Of a stretch of 40,000 nucleotides of DNA, positions 31,608 to 40,000 are shown piece by piece. Position 1 is the stretch's first letter. Every line of letters begins with the position of its first letter. The notes below the pieces were generated by a model. The model worked only from the letters and a program-made list of their open reading frames with translations. It did not search any database and had not been told where the DNA came from. The DNA is from Halomonas salipaludis (GTDB lineage Bacteria > Pseudomonadota > Gammaproteobacteria > Pseudomonadales > Halomonadaceae): positions 24,733 to 64,732 of the forward strand of contig NZ_NSKB01000001.1 of the NCBI RefSeq assembly GCF_002286975.1, given 5' to 3'. The position numbers and the translations under genes are program-made.

Positions 31608-32422
31608 GGGGTGTCGTCCTGTGGCGGGCGCCAGCGCGGGGCGCGCTTGTCGAAGAAGCTGGCCAGGCCCTCCTGGCCTTCGTGGCTTACGCGCAGTTCG
31701 CTGATCACGTGGCAGCTGTGCTCGCGGGTGGCATCGCTGTCGGGCTCACGGGCGACCTCGGCGAGCAGCGCCTTGGTGGCGCGCTGGGCCTGGGGCGAGC
31801 CGGCCAGCAGCGTCGCGAGCATGGTCTCGATTTCGTCATCCAGGTCATCGTGGCCCACCACCTGGTGAACCAGGCCGAGCCCAAGGCCGGTGGCGGCGTC
31901 GATCTCCTCGGCGGTCAGGGCGAAGCGGCGCGTCTGGCGCGGGCCGATGGCGCGCTGCACATAGGGGCTGATGACTGCCGGAGCAAGGCCGATCTTGACC
32001 TCTGAGAGGCAGAAGCGGGCCTTCTCTGAGGCGATGACGATATCGCAGCAGGCGGCGAGGCCCACGGCGCCGCCGAAGGCCGCGCCCTGCACCCGGCACA
32101 CGGTGGGGCAGGGCAGGGTGTCGAGGCGCTGCATCATTTCGGCGAGCCTGCGCGAGTCGGCGAGGTTGGCCTCGAGGTCATACTCGACCATGCGCTGCAT
32201 CCAGTTCAGGTCGGCGCCGGCGGAGAAGTGCTTGCCCTCGGAACCCAGCACCATCACCCGCACCTCGCCGCGGGTGGCGGCCTCATGCAGGTGTGCCAGG
32301 TGCGCGTTGAGCTCGGCGATCAGGCTATCGTCGAAGGCGTTGTGCACCTCGGGGCGGTTCAGCGTCAGCCGGGCGACGCCGCGTTCGTCGATGTGTTGCT
32401 GGCAGAGTGTGGTCGTTGCCAT
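31604..32422 (-). CDS. liuC: Methylglutaconyl-CoA hydratase (enoyl-CoA hydratase/crotonase family)
   Basis: Start 'MATTTLCQQHIDERGVARLTLNRPEVHNAF' at 32422, preceded by GGAGGG. The 24 upstream codons of the ORF-track call lie in a REP element. 4-nt overlap with liuD. Confidence 0.85.
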   Translation of the reverse strand: MATTTLCQQHIDERGVARLTLNRPEVHNAFDDSLIAELNAHLAHLHEAATRGEVRVMVLGSEGKHFSAGADLNWMQRMVEYDLEANLADSRRLAEMMQRLDTLPCPTVCRVQGAAFGGAVGLAACCDIVIASEKARFCLSEVKIGLAPAVISPYVQRAIGPRQTRRFALTAEEIDAATGLGLGLVHQVVGHDDLDDEIETMLATLLAGSPQAQRATKALLAEVAREPDSDATREHSCHVISELRVSHEGQEGLASFFDKRAPRWRPPQDDTP

Positions 32423-32440
32423 GGTGAAACCTCCCTCCAG

Positions 32441-32930
32441 TGGGAGCGAACTTATTCGCGATGGCTGTTTGCCCGGCAGGGCTGCGCCCTGCATCGCGGT
32501 TGAAACCGCTCCTACATTTGCCTCGGCGCCATTTCCCTGTGGGAGCGAATTTATTCGCGATGGGCTGTTTATCCGGCAGGGCTGAGCCCTGCATCGCGGT
32601 TGAAACCGCTCCTACATTTGCCTCGGCGCCATTTCCCTGTGGGAGCGAATTCATTCGCGATGGGCTGTTTGCCCGGCAGGGCTGCGCCCTGCATCGCGGT
32701 TGAAACCGCTCCTACATGTGCTTTGGCGCCATTCCCTAGTGGGAGCGAATTCATTCGCGATGGGCTGTTTGCCTGGCAGGGCTGCGCCCTGCATCGCGGT
32801 TGAAACCGCTCCTACATTTGCCTCGGCGCCATTTCCCTGTGGGAGCGAATTCATTCGCGATGGGCTGTTTATCCGGCAGGGCTGCGCCCTGCATCGCGGT
32901 TGAAACCGCTCCCACATTTGCCTCGGCGCT
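32441..32930. repeat. Tandem array of 5 x 100-bp composite REP units between liuB and liuC
   Basis: The unit 'gggagcGAATtcATTCgcgatgggctgtttgcccggCAGGGCtgcGCCCTGcatcGCGGTTgaAACCGCtcctacatttgcctcggcgccatttccctgt' recurs at 32442, 32541, 32641, 32741 and 32841. Confidence 0.95.
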
Positions 32931-34536
32931 ACATCCTGAACACACCAAAGGTGGTGTCTGCTATCTCGGCATTCATGGCGGCGGCGAGCGCGAGGCCCAG
33001 CACGTCGCGAGTCTGGGCTGGGTCGATCACGCCGTCGTCCCATAGCCGCGCACTGGCGTAGTAGGGGTGGCCCTGGTGCTCGTACTGCTCGCGGGTGGGG
33101 GCCTTGAAGGCTTCTTCGTCTTCGGCGCTCCACTCGCGGCCGTCGCGCTCGTGCTGCTCGCGCTTGACCTGGGCCAGTACGCCGGCAGCTTGTTCTCCAC
33201 CCATGACGGAAATCCGGGCATTCGGCCACATAAACAGCAGGTTGGGCTCGAAGGCACGGCCGCACATGCCGTAGTTGCCGGCGCCGAAGCTGCCGCCGAT
33301 CAGCACGGTGAACTTGGGCACCCGGGCGCAGGCCACCGCGGTGACCAGCTTGGCGCCATGCTTGGCGATGCCCTCGTGCTCGTACTTGGAGCCGACCATA
33401 AAGCCGGTGATGTTCTGCAAGAACAGCAGCGGGATCTTGCGCTGGGCACAGAGCTCGATAAAGTGCGCGCCTTTCACGGCACTCTCGGAAAACAGTACGC
33501 CGTTGTTGGCGACGATGCCCACCGGGTGGCCGTGGATATGCGCGAAGCCGGTGACCAGGGTGTCGCCGTAGTAGCGCTTGAACTCGTCGAAGTCGGAGTC
33601 GTCGACGATACGGCCGATCACCTCGCGCACGTCGAAGGGCTTCTTGAGGTCGGTGCCGACGATGCCGTAGAGCTCGGCGGGGTCGAGCCGCGGCGGCTTG
33701 GGAGGCTGCATGGCGAGCCGGCCGCGCTTCTGCCAGTTGAGCCGCGATACACAGGCGCGGGCCAGCTGCAGGGCGTGGGCGTCGTTCTCGGCGTAGTGGT
33801 CGGCCACGCCGCTGAGCTTGGCGTGGACGTCGGCGCCGCCCAGCGCCTCGGCGCTGATGCTCTCGCCGGTGGCGGCCTTCACCAGCGGCGGGCCGCCCAG
33901 GAAGATGGTGCCCTGCTCGCGGACGATGATCGACTCGTCGGCCATGGCCGGCACGTAGGCGCCGCCGGCGGTACAGGAGCCCATCACCACGGCGATCTGC
34001 GGGATGCCTTCGGCGGAGAGGGTGGCCTGGTTATAGAAGATGCGCCCGAAGTGGTCGCGGTCGGGGAATACCTCGTCCTGCAGGGGCAGGTAGGCGCCGC
34101 CGGAGTCGACGAGATAAATACACGGCAGGCGATGCTTGCGGGCGATCTCCTGGGCGCGGATGTGCTTCTTCACCGTGAGCGGGTAATAGGTCCCGCCCTT
34201 GACAGTGGCGTCATTGGCGACGATCACGCACTCCACGCCCGAGACGCGGCCGATGCCGGTGACGATGCTGGCAGCGGGCACTGCATCGGCGTAGACCTCA
34301 TGGGCGGCCAGCGCCGAGAACTCGAGGAACGGCGAACCTTCGTCGAGCAGATGGTCGATGCGGTCGCGCACGAACAGCTTGCCACGACCTTCGTGCCGGG
34401 CGCGGGCCTTGTCGCCGCCGCCCCGGCGGATCGCCGCGCTCAGCTCGCGTAGCGCCAGCACCTCCCGGCGCATGGCCGCCTCATTGGCCTGGAATAGCTC
34501 GCTGCGCGGGTTGACTTGTGTCGTTAAGATAGCCAT
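32929..34536 (-). CDS. liuB: 3-methylcrotonyl-CoA carboxylase beta (carboxyltransferase) subunit
   Basis: Start '[15 protein letters not shown]' at 34536, 535 aa. Sequence '[26 protein letters not shown]' and '[12 protein letters not shown]'. Confidence 0.9.
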   Translation of the reverse strand: MAILTTQVNPRSELFQANEAAMRREVLALRELSAAIRRGGGDKARARHEGRGKLFVRDRIDHLLDEGSPFLEFSALAAHEVYADAVPAASIVTGIGRVSGVECVIVANDATVKGGTYYPLTVKKHIRAQEIARKHRLPCIYLVDSGGAYLPLQDEVFPDRDHFGRIFYNQATLSAEGIPQIAVVMGSCTAGGAYVPAMADESIIVREQGTIFLGGPPLVKAATGESISAEALGGADVHAKLSGVADHYAENDAHALQLARACVSRLNWQKRGRLAMQPPKPPRLDPAELYGIVGTDLKKPFDVREVIGRIVDDSDFDEFKRYYGDTLVTGFAHIHGHPVGIVANNGVLFSESAVKGAHFIELCAQRKIPLLFLQNITGFMVGSKYEHEGIAKHGAKLVTAVACARVPKFTVLIGGSFGAGNYGMCGRAFEPNLLFMWPNARISVMGGEQAAGVLAQVKREQHERDGREWSAEDEEAFKAPTREQYEHQGHPYYASARLWDDGVIDPAQTRDVLGLALAAAMNAEIADTTFGVFRM

Positions 34537-34677
34537 AGGAGTCTTTTTTCTCTTCAGGCATGAAAATAAGCGAGCGATATTCAGACAAGGCAAAAATTGA
34601 CGAAAAAGCGGAGTTTACTGTTGTAAATGAGCATTTTGAGTCAATTTTTAACGCTGTATGAATGAGCGCAGCTATTT

Positions 34678-35847
34678 TCATTTGGATTCGTTGAAGATCT
34701 CGCGGCCAATCAACATGCGCCTTATCTCACTGGTCCCGGCGCCGATCTCGTAGAGCTTGGCGTCGCGCAGCAGGCGCCCGGTGGGGTAGTCGTTGATATA
34801 GCCGTTGCCACCCAGCAGCTGGATGGCGTCCAGCGCCAGCTGGGTGGCCTTCTCGGCGCAGTAGAGGATCACTCCGGCAGCGTCCTTGCGAGACACCTTG
34901 CCGCGGTCGCAGGCGCCGGCCACGGCGTAGAGGTAGGCGCGGCAGGCATTGAGGGTGGTGGCCATGTCGGCGACCTTGCCCTGCACCAGCTGGAACTCGC
35001 CGATCGCCTGGCCGAACTGCTTGCGCTCGTGGATGTAGGGCACCACCACGTCCATGGCGGCCTGCATGATGCCGATGGGCCCGGCGGCGAGCACGGTGCG
35101 TTCGTAGTCCAGCCCGCTCATCAGCACCCGCGCGCCCTTGTTCACTTCGCCCAGCACGTTCTCGGCCGGCACCTCACAGTCCTGGAACACCAGTTCGCAG
35201 GTGTTGGAGCCACGCATGCCGAGCTTGTCGAGCTTCTGGGCGGTAGAGAATCCCGGCATTCCCTTCTCGATCAGCAAGGCAGTGATGCCCTTGGCGCCGG
35301 CGGTTGGGTCGGTCTTGGCGTAGACCACCAGCACATCGGCGTCGGGGCCGTTGGTGATCCACATCTTGTTGCCGTTGAGCAGGTACTTGTCGCCGCGCTT
35401 GTCGGCGCGCAGCTGCATGGAGACCACGTCGGAGCCGGCGCCGGGCTCCGACATCGCCAAGGCGCCGACGTGCTCGCCGCTGATCAGTTTGGGCAGGTAC
35501 TGGGCCTTCTGCTCGGGGCTGCCGTTGAGGGCGATCTGGTTGACGCAGAGGTTGGAGTGGGCGCCAAACGAGAGTGCCACCGAGGCGCTGGCGCGGGAGA
35601 TCTCCTCCATGGCGATGCAGTGCGCCAGGTAGCCCATGCCGCTGCCGCCATCCTCGTCCGGCACGGTGATGCCGAGCAGGCCCATGTCACCGAACTTGCG
35701 CCACAGGTCGGACGGGAAGTCGTTGCTGGCGTCGATCTCGGCGGCGCGCGGGGCGATCTCGTCACGGGCGAAGGCGTTGACCTGGTCGCGCAGCATGTTG
35801 AGCTCGTCGGCGAGGCCGAAGTCGAGGGGCGTATAGGCGCTGTGCAT
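34678..35847 (-). CDS. liuA: Isovaleryl-CoA dehydrogenase
   Basis: Start '[12 protein letters not shown]' at 35847 (GGAG 6 nt upstream). Sequence '[13 protein letters not shown]', 'GNKMWITNG', '[12 protein letters not shown]'. Confidence 0.9.
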   Translation of the reverse strand: MHSAYTPLDFGLADELNMLRDQVNAFARDEIAPRAAEIDASNDFPSDLWRKFGDMGLLGITVPDEDGGSGMGYLAHCIAMEEISRASASVALSFGAHSNLCVNQIALNGSPEQKAQYLPKLISGEHVGALAMSEPGAGSDVVSMQLRADKRGDKYLLNGNKMWITNGPDADVLVVYAKTDPTAGAKGITALLIEKGMPGFSTAQKLDKLGMRGSNTCELVFQDCEVPAENVLGEVNKGARVLMSGLDYERTVLAAGPIGIMQAAMDVVVPYIHERKQFGQAIGEFQLVQGKVADMATTLNACRAYLYAVAGACDRGKVSRKDAAGVILYCAEKATQLALDAIQLLGGNGYINDYPTGRLLRDAKLYEIGAGTSEIRRMLIGREIFNESK

Positions 35848-35893
35848 GGTGGGCTCCGGAAACATCGAATGCTGGTTGTCAGCCTAGAATTAG

Positions 35894-35909
35894 TTGACGT
35901 TAACGTAAA
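35894..35909. promoter_or_regulatory. 16-bp near-perfect palindrome TTGACGTTAACGTAAA upstream of liuA (candidate operator)
   Basis: Read directly. It lies about 45 nt upstream of the liuA ATG, within a plausible TTTACG-N17-TAGGCT promoter on the minus strand. Confidence 0.45.
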
Positions 35910-36106
35910 GTGCGCGCAGCAATGATTAGACGAAAGGCCCAGATCAATGTCAGTCGTGGGATCGAGGTGTCGATGGGCGTTGGCTGCTACTACTGATGAA
36001 GTGGGAGAACGTCACGATAACGATAGCGGCTGCCGTACCGGCAGCCCGCCCGTTGGCGCTGCCGCTCGGCGCTGACGCCTTGGTTCCGTCATGCGGAGAG
36101 ACCGTC

Positions 36107-36976
36107 ATGAACCAGACTGCACAACCCGCCAACGAATACGTCGAATTCTGGAACGACACCCTGGCCGAGAAGTTCACTCGCTACCAGGACATCCTGATGA
36201 ACGGCTTGAGCTATCACAGCCGTGTCCCCCTCGAACACCTGGAGGTGCCCGCTGGCGCAGGCATTCTCGATGTCGGCTGTGGCTGGGGCGACACCGCCAT
36301 TGCACTGGCGCACAAGGCCGGCCCCGAGGGGGAAGTGCTGGGGCTGGATTGCGTCGAGGCGTTTCTGGAGGATGCGCGACGACGGGCCGACGAGGCCGGC
36401 GTCAGCAATGTGCGCTTCGTGACCGCCGACGTCGAGCGCTACCCCTTCGAGCCGCTATACGACCTGTGCTTCTCGCGCTTTGGCATGATGTTCTTCGAGC
36501 ATCCGGTGGTGGCCATGCGCAACGTGCACAAGGCACTGCGCCCCGGCGGGGAGCTGATGTTCATCGTCTGGCGCGATATCCAGGACAACCCCTGGCTCGG
36601 CCTACCCAAGCAAGTGGTGCTGGACTTTCTGCCGCCGCCGGGGGAAGACGCCCGCACCTGTGGCCCAGGCCCCTTCTCGATGGCCAATCCCGAGGTGGTG
36701 ACCCAGCAGCTGGAGATCGCCGGCTTCGAGGAGGTGGCCTTCGAGCGTAATGATGGCCCGGTGGAGGTGGGCGACTCAGTAGAGAATGCCATGCGTTTCC
36801 AGCTCGCGCTGGGGCCGGCGGGGGAGGTATTTCGCGAAGCCGGCGATGAGGCGGAGCGGCAACGACCCCAGATCGAAGCGGCGCTGCGCGATGTCCTGGC
36901 GCCCTTCGAGCAGGATGGCAAAATCGTCATGGACTCCAGCTCCTGGACCATCACGGCGCGCAAGCCGGCGGCGTGA
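36107..36976 (+). CDS. Class I SAM-dependent methyltransferase
   Basis: ATG 36107 lies 6 nt after GGAGAG. Motif 'ILDVGCGWGDTAIALA' and 'LRPGGELMFIVW'. Confidence 0.8.
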   Translation: MNQTAQPANEYVEFWNDTLAEKFTRYQDILMNGLSYHSRVPLEHLEVPAGAGILDVGCGWGDTAIALAHKAGPEGEVLGLDCVEAFLEDARRRADEAGVSNVRFVTADVERYPFEPLYDLCFSRFGMMFFEHPVVAMRNVHKALRPGGELMFIVWRDIQDNPWLGLPKQVVLDFLPPPGEDARTCGPGPFSMANPEVVTQQLEIAGFEEVAFERNDGPVEVGDSVENAMRFQLALGPAGEVFREAGDEAERQRPQIEAALRDVLAPFEQDGKIVMDSSSWTITARKPAA

Positions 36977-36987
36977 GCGATGGCCGG

Positions 36988-37929
36988 CTAGCTCGACACC
37001 ATCTGGATGAGGCCATGGTAGAGGGGAATGCCCACGATCACGTTGAGGGGGAAGGTAAACCCCAGCGCAGCGAGCATCGCCAGGCCGATATTGGCCTCGG
37101 GGATGGCGCTGCGCATGGCCGCCGGTGCAGCGATATAGGAGGCACTGGCGGCAAGCGCGGTAAGGATCAGCAGTGAGCCGCTGGGCAGACCCAGCAGCAA
37201 GCCGACGCCCAGGCCGGTCATGGCCAGCAGCGGCGGGGCGACCAGCGCAAAGCTGAGCAGCCGCCAGTGGAACCAGGGGATGGGGCGCAGGGTCTCGGCG
37301 GCGGTCAGACCCATCTGCAGCAGGAACAGCGCCAGCACTGCATGGAAAGCGCCAGTGAACAGCTCGGTGACGTTGGCGCCCTGCATCGGGCCATACATCG
37401 CACCGATCACCGCGCCACCGGCCAGCAGAATCACCCCGCGGTTGGTCAGGGTCTCGTGCCAGATACCCTGCAGCGCCTCGGCGGAGTCGCTGCCCTTGTA
37501 GCGGCGATAGAGCGCGATGGCGACCATGATCGCCGGCAGCTCCATCATTACCAGGTAGAGGGTGACTTCGGCGCCGATCGGCAGGCCGCGGCCCTCGGCG
37601 AAGGCCAGTGCCACGGCGAAGGTGCCGGCGCTCACCGAGCCGTAGTGGGCGGCGATGCTGGCACTATCCGCCGGCGACAGCCGCACCAGGCGCCGCAGCA
37701 CCGGCATCAGCGCCAGTGGAATCAGCGCACCCAATGCAGCGACCGCCAGCAGCTCGGGCAGCAGTGACCAGCGCAGGTTGCCATACAGCGCCATGCCGCC
37801 CTTGAGGCCGATAGTCAGCATCAGCAGCAGGCTCAGGGTGTCATAGGCGGCCTTGGGGATGGTCAGGTCGGACTTCACCACGCCGGCCAGCAGGCCAAGC
37901 AGGAAGAACATCACCACGATATCGGGCAT
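36988..37929 (-). CDS. Sodium-dependent bicarbonate transport (Sbt-like) family permease
   Basis: Start 'MPDIVVMFFLLGLLAGVVKSDLTIPKAAYDTLSLLLMLTIGLKGG' at 37929. About 10 TM segments. Confidence 0.7.
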   Translation of the reverse strand: MPDIVVMFFLLGLLAGVVKSDLTIPKAAYDTLSLLLMLTIGLKGGMALYGNLRWSLLPELLAVAALGALIPLALMPVLRRLVRLSPADSASIAAHYGSVSAGTFAVALAFAEGRGLPIGAEVTLYLVMMELPAIMVAIALYRRYKGSDSAEALQGIWHETLTNRGVILLAGGAVIGAMYGPMQGANVTELFTGAFHAVLALFLLQMGLTAAETLRPIPWFHWRLLSFALVAPPLLAMTGLGVGLLLGLPSGSLLILTALAASASYIAAPAAMRSAIPEANIGLAMLAALGFTFPLNVIVGIPLYHGLIQMVSS

Positions 37930-38024
37930 CAGGGCATCTCGCGCTGGTGGAGAGGGTAGTAGAGAAGTGGTGCGCATTCTGCAAAGAGACGGTCATTGCT
38001 ACAAATCAAGAGTTGGGCGATGTT

Positions 38025-38044
38025 ATATAGATATTTATCTATAT
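38025..38044. promoter_or_regulatory. Perfect 20-bp palindrome ATATAGATATTTATCTATAT in the permease/LysR divergent intergenic (LTTR-box candidate)
   Basis: Arms atatagata / tatctatat. It contains a T-N11-A pattern and ends 10 nt before the LysR ATG. Confidence 0.5.
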
Positions 38045-38053
38045 GGGGGCCCG

Positions 38054-39043
38054 ATGAACATTCGCCATCTGACCTTTCGCCTGCTGCAGGTGTATGTCGC
38101 AGTGGTGGCCAGCGGCACGGTGAGCGAGGCAGCACGGCGCCTGCACCTGACCCAGCCGACGGTCTCGATGCAGCTCAAGCGGCTCGGCGAGGCGGTCGGC
38201 GAGCCGCTGCTGGAGAGCCGCCAGGGGCGCCTCTATCCCACCGAGGCGGGCAGCGAGCTGTATCGCGCCAGCCGTGAGGTGCTGGGGCGCTTCGACGACT
38301 TCGACGATTACCTCTCGGCGCTGCGCGGCGGCGAGCGCGGGCGCTTCTCGATTGCCCTGGTCAACACCGCGCAATACGTACTGCCACGGCTGCTGGGGCC
38401 ACACAGCCGCGCCTTTCCCGAGGTGGAGGTGACCGTGCATATCGGCAATCGCCGCCAGATGCTGACCCGCTTCGAGCGCCAGGAAGATGACCTCTACGTG
38501 TTCAGCCACCCGCCGTCGCTGGCCCATGCTCGGGCCGGACGCTTCCTGCGCAATCCGCTGGTGGCGGTGGCGCCGCGTGGCCATCCGCTGGCGACACGCG
38601 AGCAGGTCGACATGAGCGAGCTGCTGGGCGAGCGCATGCTGCTGCGCGAGCCGGGTTCGGCCACCCGTATGCTGTTCGAGAGCTGGCTGCAGGAGCAGGG
38701 GCTGACGCTGGGGCCGACGCTGCAGATGGCCAGTAACGAGGCGATTCGCATCGGGGTGGCGGCGGGCATGGGCCTGGCGGTGCTCTCCGAGCATGTGCTG
38801 CCACCGGAGCACCCCGATATCGTTATCCTGCCGGTGGCGGGCCTGCCCATCGAGAGCCACTGGCAGTTCATCGTGCGCAGTGACCGGCGACTCTCGCATG
38901 CGGCCCTGGGCTTTCTGCGCTTCGCCGCCGGCCATCTGGACGAATGCGTCGAGCCGCGTTTCTTGAGCAACGAGCTGCAGGGGCTGCTGGATCGATTGGA
39001 GGAGGCGCCCCGGAACTTGACGACTCGGCGAACTGAGCCATAG
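38054..39043 (+). CDS. LysR-family transcriptional regulator
   Basis: Start 'MNIRHLTFRLLQVYVAVVASGTVSEAARRLHLTQPTVSMQLKRLGE' (LTTR HTH). The ORF-track start 37853 is rejected. Confidence 0.85.
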   Translation: MNIRHLTFRLLQVYVAVVASGTVSEAARRLHLTQPTVSMQLKRLGEAVGEPLLESRQGRLYPTEAGSELYRASREVLGRFDDFDDYLSALRGGERGRFSIALVNTAQYVLPRLLGPHSRAFPEVEVTVHIGNRRQMLTRFERQEDDLYVFSHPPSLAHARAGRFLRNPLVAVAPRGHPLATREQVDMSELLGERMLLREPGSATRMLFESWLQEQGLTLGPTLQMASNEAIRIGVAAGMGLAVLSEHVLPPEHPDIVILPVAGLPIESHWQFIVRSDRRLSHAALGFLRFAAGHLDECVEPRFLSNELQGLLDRLEEAPRNLTTRRTEP

Positions 39044-39050
39044 TAAAGAG

Positions 39051-39066
39051 TAGACCGGTCGGTCTA
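39051..39066. promoter_or_regulatory. Palindrome TAGACCGGTCGGTCTA upstream of tetR (candidate TetR operator, copy 1)
   Basis: Arms tagaccg / cggtcta, 15 nt before ATG 39081. Confidence 0.55.
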
Positions 39067-39080
39067 TGTAAGGAGCGTGC

Positions 39081-39671
39081 ATGACGGTTGAAGCTAAGGA
39101 GATGTCCACTAAGGATCGCCTGCTCGAGGCGGGACTCGCCATGTTACTCAAGCAGGGCTACAACCACTTGGGTATCCAGGCCCTGCTGGCGGAAACGGGG
39201 ATCCCCAAGGGGTCCTTCTACCACTACTTCCGCAGCAAGGAGGATTTTGCCCTGCAGGTAGTGGACCGCTATATGCAAGAGGTTCACCAGGGGCTGGATA
39301 TGAGCCTGGGCAATCGTGCCCTGCCACCTCTGCAGCGGGTGCGTCTCTTCTTCGAATTATCGCGGGAGAAGTACCGCAGCGAGGGTTACCTCGGCTGCCT
39401 GTTGGGTGGGCTTGGCCAGGAACTGTCCGGGGTCAGCGACACCTTTCGGCACAAGATCGAGGGCTGTTTCAACCTGATCGCCGAGCGGATTACCGACTGT
39501 CTGGAGGAGGCGCGCCAGCGCGGCGAGCTGGCGGCGGAGCAGGACCCCCGCCAATTGGCGGACCGGCTGCTGGACTGCTGGGAGGGTGCTGCGCTGCGCA
39601 GTCGCCTACGTCGTGACCCTGGCCCGCTGGGGGCCATGCTCGACTTCTATTTCTCGGCCGCGACCCGCTAG
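39081..39671 (+). CDS. TetR/AcrR-family transcriptional regulator
   Basis: 'STKDRLLEAGLAMLLKQGYNHLGIQALLAETGIPKGSFYHYFRSKEDF'. Confidence 0.85.
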   Translation: MTVEAKEMSTKDRLLEAGLAMLLKQGYNHLGIQALLAETGIPKGSFYHYFRSKEDFALQVVDRYMQEVHQGLDMSLGNRALPPLQRVRLFFELSREKYRSEGYLGCLLGGLGQELSGVSDTFRHKIEGCFNLIAERITDCLEEARQRGELAAEQDPRQLADRLLDCWEGAALRSRLRRDPGPLGAMLDFYFSAATR

Positions 39672-39691
39672 GCGTTTTTTGCGCCGAGAAA

Positions 39692-39706
39692 TAGACCGAC
39701 CGGTCT
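39692..39706. promoter_or_regulatory. Palindrome TAGACCGACCGGTCT upstream of the globin gene (candidate TetR operator, copy 2)
   Basis: Same half-sites AGACCG / CGGTCT as copy 1. Confidence 0.5.
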
Positions 39707-39778
39707 GTTCCGGGTGGCTGCCAGCCACCCCTCACTAGTGGCAAGGGTCGGCTCCATGACCGACCCGGGAGGTATCAG

Positions 39779-40000
39779 ATGACAACCACAAGCCTCTACC
39801 AGCGTCTGGGCGGCGAGCAGGGCATTGCCTTGCTGGTCGACGATATCGTCGAGGCGCATATGCAGAACCCCACGGTCCAGGCGCGCTACCTGCCCGCTCT
39901 GGACGATCCGGTGCATCTCGATGAGTTGAAGGGGCACCTGCGCGATTTCCTCTCCGCCGGTACCGGCGGCCCCGCGGAGTACCGTGGCAAGAACATGCTC
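39779..40000 (+). CDS. Truncated hemoglobin (group I 2/2 globin), 3'-partial at the window edge
   Basis: ATG 39779 follows GGGAGG. Sequence 'MTTTSLYQRLGGEQGIALLVDDIVEAHMQNPTVQARY...'. The ORF runs off the window. Confidence 0.7.
   Translation, partial: MTTTSLYQRLGGEQGIALLVDDIVEAHMQNPTVQARYLPALDDPVHLDELKGHLRDFLSAGTGGPAEYRGKNML

Noticed and set aside
28622-31868. Long plus-strand ORFs (222, 213, 277, 203, 227 aa, etc.) opposite liuE/liuD
   Set aside because: They are GC-rich antisense shadows. The minus-strand frames carry unmistakable HMG-CoA lyase and biotin carboxylase motifs.
32441-32930. CRISPR array?
   Set aside because: The repeats are contiguous 100-bp units with no unique spacers. 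They are internally palindromic REP-like sequences, and no cas genes are nearby.
32228-33265. Family of 61-109-aa ORFs on both strands with 100-nt periodicity, plus the 204-aa ORF 32651..33265
   Set aside because: They are generated by the 5 x 100-bp REP tandem. Their repeating peptide sequences mirror the DNA repeat, and they have no RBS.
33067-34452. 461-aa plus-strand ORF opposite liuB
   Set aside because: It is an antisense shadow with Ala/Gly/Val/Asp-rich low-complexity composition. The minus strand encodes a clear carboxyltransferase.
35029-35925. 298-aa plus-strand ORF opposite liuA
   Set aside because: It is an antisense shadow of the isovaleryl-CoA dehydrogenase gene.
36091-36963. 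Alternative-frame and antisense ORFs over the 36107-36976 methyltransferase
   Set aside because: Only the chosen frame contains SAM-binding motif I (ILDVGCGWGD).
37220-39151. ORFs antisense to the Sbt-like permease and LysR genes (including the 370-aa ORF 38039..39151)
   Set aside because: They are GC shadows rich in Arg, Ala and Gln. The opposing frames have clear TM-protein and LTTR features.

Overview
This window is a large sedentary-type chromosomal integron in a high-GC gammaproteobacterial backbone. The REP sequences look Halomonas/Pseudomonas-like, but that is a guess. Left flank: a TetR regulator (49-711). Next comes an inactivated integron integrase intI (922-1823, minus strand; internal deletion plus frameshift) that keeps a LexA-box-like site. 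An attI region follows, then about 30 attC-bounded cassettes (about 2.04-27.1 kb). Almost all cassettes are coding on the + strand and are visibly lower in GC than the flanks. Cassette cargo is typical of such arrays: 6 GNAT acetyltransferases, 3 class I SAM methyltransferases, RidA, DinB, VOC, PaaI thioesterase, LysE, DUF4440, DUF2750 and an epimerase. It also includes a cluster of defence/toxin-like genes. One is a single-gene HNH + DUF4263 (Shedu-like) nuclease (4759-5721). Four are stand-alone proteins carrying an Rx4H HEPN-like motif, one of them fused to a double zinc ribbon (3721-4656). There is also a reverse-oriented yefM-yoeB TA module. Two mobile elements sit exactly in attC R' cores: a group IIC intron (9834-11672, sense orientation) and a decayed IS1182-like IS (13536-15434). 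Several attC cores are eroded and several cassettes are gene remnants, which fits a frozen array. Right flank (27.2-40 kb, high GC): ycaQ-like gene; the leucine/isovalerate catabolic cluster liuABCDE on the minus strand, interrupted by REP arrays including a 5 x 100 bp tandem; a methyltransferase; an Sbt-like permease with a divergent LysR; and a TetR with palindromic operators flanking it and a truncated-globin gene. No rRNA, tRNA or CRISPR was seen. All family calls rest on motif recognition by eye, with no database search.
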